Shown: piece by piece, positions 1 to 10,734 of the stretch
Layout of the letters: every line of letters starts with the position of its first letter
Position numbering within the stretch: position 1 is the stretch's first letter
From: Mobula hypostoma
Lineage: Eukaryota
Reading direction: 5' to 3'
Length of the DNA: 64,000 bases
Assembly (NCBI RefSeq): GCF_963921235.1
Contig: NC_086097.1
Location: 115,198,001-115,262,000 of the forward strand
Program-made: the position numbers and the translations under genes
Notes under the pieces: model-generated
Databases searched by the model: none
What the model saw: the letters and a program-made list of their open reading frames with translations, nothing else
Told to the model about the DNA's origin: nothing

Positions 1-862
1 TTGTTTAGTGAACTTTCTAAAACAAGGAGCGGTCAACAAATTGTTTACTTGAGTAGTTTTCTGGAAGTTTTGCTCTGGCTTTAAATAGAACTTTCTATAG
101 TCTCATCTATTTTGTTTCAAATAAGTGTCAAACTGATGACCTAGAATTAATGAAATTTCTTTTTTGACAAAAAAGGATACAATATACGCAGCATCTTGAG
201 TGTAAGCATCCTCATAAGGTTGGGCCCTGTGTTTGCAATATTGAGTTTGGAGGGGTTTTGAACATTGGATATAGGCTGCAGCATTCCCATTGTAGTTCTG
301 GGTGGTTCTTGTCCACTGTATAAAACATTGGAAGAAGACCACTGGTGATTTGGCTGCAGCTGCCTTATGAAAACACCCAGTCTAAAAGAATTAAGGGAAA
401 CTGTGCAGGTTCCATGATGGGTGTTTGGCGACCTAGTCCATCAGATCAATAGTTATACAGTAAAGTAGGCATTGTTCACTGTGTTCTCTAACCAATGTAT
501 TTAAATGTTTCCTTAAAAGTATGAATAATGCAATCTTTTTCTTTGGTGACTACTCTTCTATTATAGTGTAACCTAGTGCCTTTTGATCACCCTAGTCTCT
601 ATAAGCTATGGATGTGGTTACAATACCATTAACGCAGAACCTCATTTAGACTTAACACAGATGACCCTTAATGCTTGCTATAGTAGATATTTATTCACAT
701 AAGATTCCAAAATTGTGTCCAATTATGAATAAGTTTTTGACATGAGTTCATTGTTACTAAGGATTGGATTGATATTAACTAATGCCATCTTGGCTTACAG
801 GGAGGAGATTTCCCCCTACATTGGTAAGGAAGGTCTTTGGGAAGCAGATCTGCATTCTTTAG

Positions 863-1813
863 GGCTCCACAGGGGACTGTCTTGTCTCCCTTTCTCTTCA
901 CCATTCACACCTCGGACTTCAACTACTGCACAGAGTCTTGTCATCTTCAGAAGTTTTCTGATGATTCTGCCATAGTTGGATGCATCAGCAAGGGAGACGA
1001 GGCTGAGTACAGGGCTACGGTAGGAAACTTTGTCACATGGTTTGAGCAGAATTATCTGCAACTTAATGTGAAAAAGACTAAGGAGTTGGTGGTAGACCTG
1101 AGGAGAGCTAAGGTACGGTTGACACCTATTTACCATCCAGGGGGTCAATGTGGACACGGTGGAGGATTACAAATACCTGGGGATATGAATTGACAATAAA
1201 CTGGACTGGTCAAAGAACACTGAGGCTGTCTACAAGAAGGGTCAGAGCTGTCTCTATTTCCTGAGGAGACTGAGGTCCTTTAACATCTGCCGGACGATGC
1301 TGAGGATGTTCTACGAGTCTGTGGTGGCCAGTGCTATCATGTTTGCTGTTGTGTGCTGGGGCAGCAGGCTGAGGGTGGCAGACACCAACAGAATCAACAA
1401 ACTCATTCATAAGGCCAGTGATGTTGTGGGGATGGAACTGGACTCTCTGACGGTGGTGTCTGAAAAGAGGATGCTGTCCAAGTTGCATGCCATCTTGGAC
1501 AATGTCTCCCATCCACTACATAGTGTACTGGATGGGCACAGGAGTACATTCAGCCAGAGACTCATTCCACCAAGGTGCAACACAGAGCGTGATAGGAAGT
1601 CATTCCTGCCTGTGGCCATCAAACTTTACAACTCCTCCCTTGGAGGGTCAGACATCCTGAGCCAATAGGCTGGTCCTGGACTTATTTCCTGGCATAATTT
1701 ACATATTACTATTTAACTATTTATGGTTTTATTACTATTTATTATTTATGGTGCAAATCTAACGAAAACCAATTTCTTCCGGGATCAATGAAGTATGACT
1801 ATGTCTATGACTA
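863..1813 (+). mobile_element. Rex1/Babar-clade LINE, 5'-truncated RT/C-terminal fragment
   Basis: ORFs 837-1193 (APQGTVLSPFLF...KFSDDSAIVG) and 1297-1668 joined by a frameshift; (GACTAT)n-like tail; TTTAG repeated at 858-862 and 1814-1818; very similar minus copy at 27508-28405. Confidence 0.88.
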
Positions 1814-1817
1814 TTTA

Positions 1818-2049
1818 GCACAAACACGAGAAGATCTGCAGATGCTAGAAATTCAAAGCAACACACACAGAATGCTGGAGGAACTCAGCAGGCCAGGCAG
1901 CATCTATGGAAAAGAGTAAACAGTCAATGTTTCAGGCAGGACTGGGGAAGGGTCTTGATGAAGGTATTGGCCCGAAACGTCGACTGTTTACCCTTTTCTA
2001 TAGATGCTGCCTGGCCTGCTGAGTTCCTCCAGTAATTTGTATGCATTGC
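1818..2049. repeat. Palindromic pair of Penelope-like terminal repeats with degenerate hammerhead motif
   Basis: Arms are reverse complements (gctggaggaactcagcaggccaggcagcatctat / atagatgctgcctggcctgctgagttcctccag); TTGATGA..CCCGAAACGTCGACTG at 1955-1986; 13-bp direct repeat tctgcattcttta at 849-861 and 2050-2062. Confidence 0.8.
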
Positions 2050-3246
2050 TCTGCATTCTTTAAAATTAATTAACATTTTTTCATCTGCATTGGATCTGGT
2101 AGGCTTGCATGGGCACATACCATACTGATAAAGAAGTTAGGCCAAGATATATTGAAACTCATGCTGTTTTTGGAAATCCTTTACTCATTCCTACAACTCA
2201 CTTGATTTCCTTCCTATTGAGTTGTCCCTTACTGTTTATTAATTCATCAGTAGAATTTTAGTTAAAGCAATAAAAACCTCAATTGTGTAGCCTATGGTGT
2301 GGTCTAAAAAATCAAAACTATTCTAGTTTGACCCAATCGTAGTCTAGCAGTGAGAAACCAGTTCTTTGACCCAGCATTCACCCACCATTGCAAGTAATTT
2401 CACTTTTGCAATATTTCACTTACCACTTTAATGACTGCTTCATTCTTGGCACTGATTCCATGCATTACATCAGTGCTATACCTTTCCATGGAAAATCCAT
2501 AGAAATTCCTCAGATTCACCAGTCTCCGGCTAAAGAAATAAAGTGGAATTAAGTGGGCCTTTTCTGGTTGATTGCCAGTGACTGATGATGTTCCACAGAG
2601 GTATGTGTTGGGACCGATTCTTTTTACATCACATGTCAATGAGTTGGATGATGAAATTGACAGTGTTGTTGCAAAGTTTGCAGATGACATGAAGATAGGT
2701 GGAGGGGCTGGTAGTTTTGAGGAAGTAGAGAGGCCACAGAAGGACTTTGTTAGATTAGGAGAATGGGCAAAGACATGGCAGATGGAATATAGTCTCAGGA
2801 AGTGTATGGTCATGCACTTTGGTAGAAGACGTGAAATGGTTGACAATTTTCTAAATAGAAAGAAAATACAAAAAACCTGAGGCATAAAGGGACTTGAAAG
2901 TCCTTGTGCAGGATTCCCTAAAACTTAATTTTCAGGTAGACTCTGTGGTAAGGAAGGCAAATGTGATGTTAGCATTCATTCCAGAGGACTAGAATATAAA
3001 AACAAGGATGTAATGCTGACATTTTATAAAGCAATGGTGAGGCCTCACTTGCAACATTGTGAGCAGTCTTACGTCCCTTATCTTAGAAAGGATGTGCTGA
3101 AACAGGAGAGGGTTTAAAGTAGATTCATGAAAATGGTTCCAGGATTGAATGGCTTGTCATATGAAGATTGTTTGATGGTTCTGGGCCAGTATTCACTAGA
3201 ATTCAGAAGAATGAGGGGTGACCTCATTGAAACATATCAAATGATG

Positions 3247-3437
3247 CTTTGTTGATGCTTTGCTGCTGCTTATGCATAGGAGGGGGAGTTGGGGGGCTTT
3301 GGGTTCTAACATTTAACTATCATTCATTCTTTGAGGCACTCCTCTGTTTTTGTGGATGTTTGTGAAGAGAAAGAATTTCAGGATGTATATTGTATATGTA
3401 TATTTCTCTGACATTAAATGTACCTATTGAAACCTAT
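3247..3437 (+). mobile_element. Short LINE/SINE 3'-end insertion inside CR1
   Basis: Breaks the CR1 frame; ends ATTAAA + (ACCTATTGA)2; tgatg at 3242-3246 and 3438-3442. Confidence 0.6.
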
Positions 3438-3661
3438 TGATGAAATGCCTTGATAGAGTAAATGTGGAGAGGATGTTTCCTATGGTGGGAGGCTCTATGA
3501 CTAGAGGATACAGCCTCAGAATAGAGGGGCATCCTTTTGGAAAAGAGATGAGGAAGGATTTTTTCAGTCAGAGAGTGGTGAATCTGTGAAATTGTTTGCC
3601 GTGGGCATCTGTGGAGACCAAGTCTTTATGTATATTTATGCAGAGGTTGATATATTCTTGA

Positions 3662-5160
3662 ACTGGAAGGAGACCAATCCTCCTACTACATTCCAATGGT
3701 TTTCCCAAACTAGATTATGTTTAAATTTAGAAAAAAATTAGAAGTGATATTTTTGATCCTTCAGTTAAATTTGAAGAGACTTGGAAACCATTTATTCAAT
3801 ATTTTCATATGATATAACTTGACCTTTCCGAATCCTTCTTATTAACTTAAAATATATGAATAGAGGAGCAGAGTTGACGACATTACCGAACGTATTTGAT
3901 TTAAGATATTGGTCTAGCCTTGTTTTGTTCCGTTTGCTTTTTTGGGTTTAGTACAGTATTTAGTTCTTTATTTTTGTTTTTTTCTGGGGGGGGGCGGTTT
4001 CTTTGCATTTTTTTTCTTTTTATTTCTTTTTTCTCTATGATTAGTTACATCATGAGTTTGGAAGTCTATTATACCTGTGTTATCTGAAATCTTTTCTGTA
4101 TATGTTTATTGTTACATACCCCGTAACTGGGTTGCCCCAGCAGAAGTGGATCACTCAGTTGGAGTCTGGATTACTAGAACTAAGAAAGTTTTATTAAAGA
4201 AACAAGCAACACAGTAATCGAAAGGATAATAAATGCAACAGTTCAGCAATGATAAACACACATGTGCACAGAATTAAGATAACAGCATCAATCAAGCTCT
4301 ATCGTTGTCTAGGGGTAAATGACCAATTTCAAAGTGACACAAAGTTCAGTCCAATTTAGTTCAGTTCGCAGTAATCGTTGCCATGGCGATGGACAACGTG
4401 GGGGGAAGGAGAGAGAGAACGGGAACGACTGATCATTCAGAACGGCTTCCACTCACAGACCGGCGATATTGCTCACAAGCAGCTTTCGGGCGGGTCCTAT
4501 GTGCTGTCACCTGAGGTCATCGACTGTGACCCCTCCTCCAGATGTGGTCGATCCTCTGCAGTGAACCCGGCACCCAAGCGAGGGTGGACACACACCGGGT
4601 TCCTGTTGATTGTACCTTTCCACCTTGTGCATTTATGGCCCGGTACTTTCCACCGAATTGTGAGAGGCGCACCGCTTCCAGGGTCTCGTTACCTCAGGTG
4701 TCGTGTGTGTCCTGCCTTAGCGAACCGGTCCCTTTTTATCCCCCTGCTGGGGTATCGCCTGTCCATCACTTCAAACAGTTCAGGGTTCAAAGGGGGAGCC
4801 ACTCTAGACAGCTCTCTCTCCCGTCCCTTCATTACACATCTTCAGATCGCCTGTCCATCACTTCAAACAGTTCAGGGTTCAAAGGGAGAGCCGCTCTAGA
4901 CAATACCCAGACTGATGGCTCCTTCATTAACATGTCCAAATGCTGCTTCATTGTGTTCCTTATCTCTCCCTCCCCTGAGGACAGGTGGCAGACCAACTGC
5001 TGATGCCACTGGTGCTATCCCAGGCCAGCAAACATCTTAATTTATGTGTATTCTCGTCACATTATTAACAATAAGATTATTCCAATCTCTTTGTATCAAC
5101 ATTGTTATTTTGTTTATAACTTTGGAAAAATTAATAAAAAGATTTAAAAAGAAAGAAAAG
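3662..5160 (+). mobile_element. L1/Tx1-like LINE 3' end (ORF2 C-terminus, 3'UTR, A-rich tail), split by an LTR
   Basis: Translates NWKETNPPTTFQWFSQTRLCLNLEK / IRSDIFDPSVKFEETWKPFIQYFHMI* (W..P...W...LE...F...W.PF pattern of fish L1-type ORF2 ends); AATAAA and A-rich tail 5133-5160; TSD attcttga 3654-3661 / 5161-5168. Confidence 0.72.
4110..5061 (-). mobile_element. Solo LTR, family A (copy 1)
   Basis: TG...CA termini (TGTTAC / GTCACA), 4-bp TSD TTAT (4106-4109, 5062-5065), minus-strand AATAAA near 4190 and GATAAAAAGG near 4735; second copy at 23794-24634. Confidence 0.9.
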
Positions 5161-6502
5161 ATTCTTGATTGGTCAGGACATGAAGGGATAGGGGAAGAAG
5201 GCAGGATATTAGAGCTGAGTGGAAAATTGGATGAGCCATGATGAAATGGCAGAGCAGACTCAAAGGCCCAACTGGTCTAATTTTGCTCTTATATCTTATG
5301 GTCTTATCTTACGGTCTGAATCTCACAATACGAGCTACCATTTTTCTGGGTTTTTTCTTAAAGGGGCCAGTTGAGGGCCTATTCAACTTCATTAGATATC
5401 CAGTTTCTCGTATTCTGAAGTGAAGCCTGAAAATATCTAAATCAGTTTCATAGTGAGTGGAATCTTCTACAGTTAGTCCATGGGACAGTAGTTAAAAATT
5501 ACCATGGTAGGTATTCACATTCTGTTTGTTATTTTAGCAAAAAAAATATTATATTATTGATACTTCCAGTAATATTGCAGTCAGGAAATTTCATCAGGCA
5601 GGTTGCGCATATTTTCTGCAGCCAGTGACATAAATAATTGCAAAGGGGGAGAAATCAGGTTTAGAATTCACAGTTCGAAAATTCAGTTTGACAGATATCT
5701 GAGAAGGATAATGGCAAGTTAGTATTTACAATGCCACTTTTCATTACCTAAGGAACACACACAAATATCCTTCTGGATCCGCTCTGTTAAGAGGAATTCA
5801 TAGTTTTTATTCTACTTGTCCACCATCTACAGTGTTAATTTGTTTCTCCAGGAATCAGGGACAATGTAAGGCAGACACCAGGGCAGACAGGTGGCCAAAC
5901 AAGGGCATTGAGCCCTTTTCAGCTTCAGCGAAAACAAAACAAAAAGAAAATAAATAGAATAAAATATTCTTTACTTCGGATAACCTTTTGCTTAGCTGGG
6001 AATGCTAAACCCAAGCAGCTTAGAATGTTTTTCAGATAATTAAATAGACATTCATGACAGATGCTTTGAGCACACTTTTTCCAAAACATAAAAGGTTATT
6101 ATTTGGCAGAGTTCCCATTGCTTGCTGCATGGTGGACCAGGCATTTATTACCAAGAAGATTAATTGTTTGAAGAGTGGCAAGGGCATCACCAAGGAGACT
6201 GAATCTAGTGAAGATGGGTTTGTCAATTTTTGAAAGAGACATTGCAAAACCAGATTTATTCTTATAGATATTAGTTGAAAGATGACAATTTGTGCAGTCA
6301 TTAAGTTCTTCTGATTAATAATATTGAGCTGCTTTGTGCAATCGGTCTGTGTTTTTGAACTGGAAACAATGAAAACTTTGCTTTCAATTTAGGATTGTTT
6401 AAGCAATAAATGCATATCACACTGAATGAAATATCCTAAAGATTTTTGAGTAGATTCTATTAAATGTACTGAATTGTTTAGCCATTCAAATATGATTTAA
6501 AT

Positions 6503-6740
6503 AACACACACAAAATACTGGAGGAAATCAGCTGGTCAGGCAGCATGCATGGAGGGGAGTAAAGAGTCAACGTTTTGAGCTGAGGGCTGCCATCAGGATG
6601 ACTCCTGACAAATAGTCTCAGTATGAAACGTTAACCATTTATTTCTCTTCCATAAATGCTGCCTGAACTGCTGAGTTCCTCTAGCAATTTGTGCGTGTTA
6701 CACTGTATCTCCAGAATCTGAGATACTTCTTGTGTTTATG
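6503..6740. repeat. Older palindromic Penelope-like terminal repeat pair
   Basis: Same inverted-arm structure as 1818-2049 with two decayed hammerhead motifs back to back (catcagga / tcctgaca). Confidence 0.75.
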
Positions 6741-6904
6741 ATTTAAACAACATTTTTCTTTGTAGTGTCACAGTATCAATATTTGCCACATCATTTTTAT
6801 CTACTGAAGATACAATTACTTTTAGATTTTAAAAAAATCCTTAAGTTACAACTTAGATGTTAACATCTATGTGTTTCACTATACACATAAAACAGACGTA
6901 CATA

Positions 6905-7150
6905 TATGTGGTTAGTGTGACACGTTTACAGTTCAGGACATCAAAGTTCAGAGTTCATTTCCGGTGCAGTCAGTAAGGAGTTTGTACATTCTCTCCGTGA
7001 CTGTCTGGGTTTCCTCCGGGTGCTCTGGTTTCCTCCTACAGTCCAAAGATGTTAGCAGGCTAATTAGTCATTGCAGATTGCCCTGTGATTAGGCTAGGGT
7101 TAAATAGATGGGTTGCTGGGCAGTGTGATCCATTAGCTGGAAAGGTCTGT
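6905..7150 (+). mobile_element. V-SINE (HE1-like)
   Basis: Central domain ggagtttgtacattctctccgtgactgtctgggtttcctccgggtgctctggtttcctcctacagtccaaaga; further copies at about 16110-16410, 32260-32665, 40680-40950 (+) and 37870-38010, 52770-52910 (-). Confidence 0.8.
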
Positions 7151-7759
7151 TCTGAGCTGTATCTCTGAAAAAATGCTCAGAAAATTAAATTGTACATTTG
7201 TTAGATTTTGATGAGTCATTCAGAAGACTGATCATGCTCTGTGCTCTAACAGTGCCATTTTTGAAGCAGCATGCATTCTGCGATCCTCTTCATTATTTAC
7301 TTAATAGTCTCTTTACCTGCATAGGTTTAGCAAATTCAAACCATCAGTAACCAACATTGCAGGGAGAGAATGAAGCTGTCTAACTGATGCTGATAAATTT
7401 GTTATATTAAAGCAACAGTTCGTGTGATATGAAATAGTAATAGGACACCCGATTCTGATTCTGAATTCAACTGCCAAAGTTAAACTAAAAGATGCAGGAT
7501 CGGTCCTGTTTGATTGCCATACGAAGAGGTAGGGAAAAAGAGGCTGCTGGATGTAAATTGTTTCTTGAATGGATGCTGGTGACTAGTAGTTGCCACAGGG
7601 GTCGGTGTTTGGAACCTTGTTATTTGTTATTTATATACACTCAGTCGCCACTTTATTAAGTACCTCCTCTGTCTAATACAGTGTCCACTGAGTGTACGTT
7701 CATGGTCTTCTGCTGCTGTAGCCCATCCACTTCAGGTGCAGCATGCTGTATGTCGTATG

Positions 7760-8110
7760 GCTCCCCTTTACGCTTTTCCTTCTCCTCCATTTAGTGCCCC
7801 AGCTCCTTCCCTTTCTTCCACGGTACACTCTCCTCTATTGGATTCCTTCTTCTGTACTTTACCTCTTCCACTTATCACCTCCTAGCTTCTGATACTTCAC
7901 CTGGCCTTCATACACCCCACCTGGTTTCACCTATCACCTGCCAGCTTGTACTCCTTCCCCCTATCCCTATCTTCTTAGACTGGCTTCTCCCCTTTCCTTT
8001 CAAGTCCTGATGAAGGGTCTCGGCCTGAAACACTGACTGCTTAATCCTCTCCATAGATGCTGCCTGATTTGCTGAGATCCTTCAGCATTTAGTGTTTGTA
8101 GCCCAGATTC
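7760..8110 (+). mobile_element. Penelope-like 3' fragment with terminal repeat and hammerhead motif
   Basis: Pyrimidine-rich PLE 3' region then AAGTC-CTGATGA-AGGGTCTCGGCCT-GAAAC-ACT-GACTG at 8002-8039; adjacent to a Tc1 MITE fragment (7638-7750). Confidence 0.75.
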
Positions 8111-8149
8111 AGATGTCTTCATTAGGAACTGATTTCAGATGAATCTCAG

Positions 8150-8545
8150 GAGCTTGTGATTATAATGATAGCATATTCAGGATTGCGACAGATGGGAGCA
8201 CTATGGTCTATCGTGCCATGGGAGAGGTCCATTGTTATTGTAGTGTCTGCCATTGCTGACACATTCTGCCACACACCTTCTCCATCCTTCCTAGCGTGTT
8301 GCACCAGACAGTCAGCCATTCTTGTCTGGCGCATGGTGTCAGGATTAGTCTCCTTTCGGATTAACTGAGTCACAATATGAACGTTCCTGACTCGACTCTT
8401 GTTTTTTATTTTATGAGGCCGAGTGGCTAGCTCACCGCTCAACCCGGCACGGATGGAAAGTGTGCCTGGAGGGTGGCCTGACTTGGATTTGAACTCGGGA
8501 GCCTTCGCTCCGAAGTCCAGCACTGATGCCACTACGCCACCAGCC
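8150..8545 (-). mobile_element. tRNA-derived SINE
   Basis: Minus strand GGCTGGTGGCGTAGTGG (A box) ...GACTTCGGAG... GAGTTCAAATCC (B box); short ATC/ATT-rich tail. Confidence 0.75.
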
Positions 8546-9569
8546 TTCTCCATGAAAAAATCTTTCCGTGGACTTTGAATCAGCTTGACTGCCATTGTCT
8601 AACACCTGGTTCACTTAATGATGAATGGTACGCAGAGATGATCCTTACAAGATGTAAAGGTGAAGAGAGAAGCAGATACAGGACATGATCACCAGCTTGT
8701 TTTCATCACAAGTGATGAAACTCCAGTTGAGAAGCACTGGGACAAGAACACATACAAAGAAGTTTTGATGTTGAAAAGCTCAAAGACAACAGTGTGAGAT
8801 TTTGCCTTCACCATTCAGCTTAAGAATAGATTCCAGGCTTTACAAGACCTTGACAAGGATGTGTTAGTAGACAGGATTGACACAATGTGGAAAAAGATTG
8901 TCTCTGTCTCAAAGCAAGCAGCAAGGCTTGTCTAGGACACAGAGCAGGAAAGAAGAATGGATACAGCAAGAAACATGGGCAACCATAGAAAAAAGATGGA
9001 AATTTAAGAAGAAAGTTTCAGATGCAAAGTCAATACAACTTAAGAAGAGACTTCAACTAGCATATGCCGAAGCAAACAAGAAAGTGAAGAGACTCGTAAG
9101 AAAGGATAAGAGAGGCTACATGGAAAACCTTGCAGACGAGGCCGAAGAAGCAGCTAATTGAGGTGACCAGGGAAATATATACAAGATTTCAAGATTGGTT
9201 TCTGGAAAGTTCCAGGCCAGATCCTGTGGTCCCATGATAGATAAGAACAGTCTCCTTTTGACAACTGAGAAAGAGCAAGAAGCACAATGAAAGGAGTATT
9301 TCAGAGGATTACTGAATAGGCCTCCACCAAATTAAGAACCTGTCATACAATAGGCACCTGAGGACCTTGACGTCAACACAAATCCACCCAAGAAAGAAGA
9401 GATTGTTGTTGCAATTAAATCATTCAAGAACAGCAAATCTCCAGCACATGACAAGTTGAATGCCATACTGTTCAAAACTGGATCAAAAGTTGCTACAGAC
9501 ATGCTGCAACCACTGGGAAGGAGGACAAGGACCCAAAAACTGGACAAAGGGATTTATTGTTAGGATCCT

Positions 9570-10430
9570 GCAGAAAGTGCATCCAGCTGCAGCTCCTATC
9601 AGAGCGAGTTAGGGAATTGGAGCTGGAGCTGGATGAACAATGGATCATTCAGGAGGCAGAGACAGAGATAGATAAGAGTTATCGGGAGGTAGTCACACCG
9701 AAAAGACGGGAGGTAGGCAACAGAGTGACTGTCAGGAGATGGAGCGGGAGCAGGCAGAGAGAGCAGAGCACCCCTGTGGCCATTCTCATCAACAATAAGT
9801 ATACCGTTTTGGATACTGTTGGTGGGGATGACCTACCAGGAACAAGTTGCAGTGTTCCTGTCTCTGGCACTGAGGTTGGACCTTTGACACAGAAGGGGAG
9901 GAGGGAAGAGAGGACAGTGGTAGTGATAGGGGATTCTATAGTCAGGGGGGTAGATAGGAGATTTTGCGGGGGAGATTGGGAGTCTCGGATGGTATGTTGC
10001 CTCCCTGGTGCCGGGGTCCGGGACATCTCAGGTGCAGGTTATTCTCGAGAGGGAGGGCAAGAATCCAGATGTTGTGGTCCATGTAGGGACCAACAACGTG
10101 GGTAGGAAGAGTGAGGGGATCCTGCGTAGTGAGTTCAGGGAGTTAGGTGCGAAGCTGAAGGGCAGGACCTCCAGGGTAACAATCTCAGGATTGCTACCTG
10201 CGCCACGTGCGAGTGAGGCGAGGAACAGAAGGATTATACAGTTCAATACATGGCTGAGAGGATGGTGCAGGAGGGAGGGCTTCAGGTTTTTAGATAATTG
10301 GGCTTTGTTCCAGGGAAGGTGGGATCTGTTCCGACGGGACGGTTTACACCTGAACTGGAGGGGTACTAACATTCTTGCAGGAAAGTTTGCTAGTGCTGCT
10401 TTGGGCGGTGGGGGGGGGGGTTTAAACTAA
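9570..10430 (+). pseudogene. CR1 ORF1p: CxxC remnant, coiled coil, SGNH/GDSL esterase (frameshifted)
   Basis: CRKCIQLQLLSERVRELELELD; VVVIGDSIVRG, VCCLPGA, VVHVGTNN, DGLHLN blocks; frameshift near 10030. Confidence 0.88.
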
Positions 10431-10734
10431 ATTTGCAGGTGGCAGGGATCCAGAATGTGAGAGAGGATAGCAAGATGAAGTATAAAGGACAGGTGGGGAT
10501 TACACGGTTCCGGAATATTAAGTGTGAAGTAGAGAAAGGTGAGGCGGAACAAGTGATGAGGAGGAAACATGTGCAGAGGGATGGTCTGACAGAGCATGGA
10601 GTTAAATGTGTGGAAAGAGTAAGTAAATTTAAGAAGAACAACAAAATTCAAGGGGCTTATAGCCCGGTGAGAGTTCGGGGAGCCTGGGTTATGCACAATA
10701 GGCAGCGATTTAAACAGAGAGAGGAGAAATGGGT

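Larger units (their letters stand above)
2544..5310 (+). mobile_element. CR1 LINE 3' part (RT C-terminus to 3' tail) interrupted by three nested insertions
   Basis: VPQRYVLGPILF...KFADDMKIGG in ORF 2572-2880; CR1 sequence stops at 3661 and resumes at 5161; (TCTTATGG)-type tail near 5290-5310. Confidence 0.85.

Noticed and set aside
4378..5003. 173-aa and 153-aa ORFs (and 24043-24612)
   Set aside because: Inside solo LTRs; frames not conserved between the two copies
8470..8545. Possible tRNA gene
   Set aside because: Acceptor and anticodon stems do not pair properly and it continues into a SINE body
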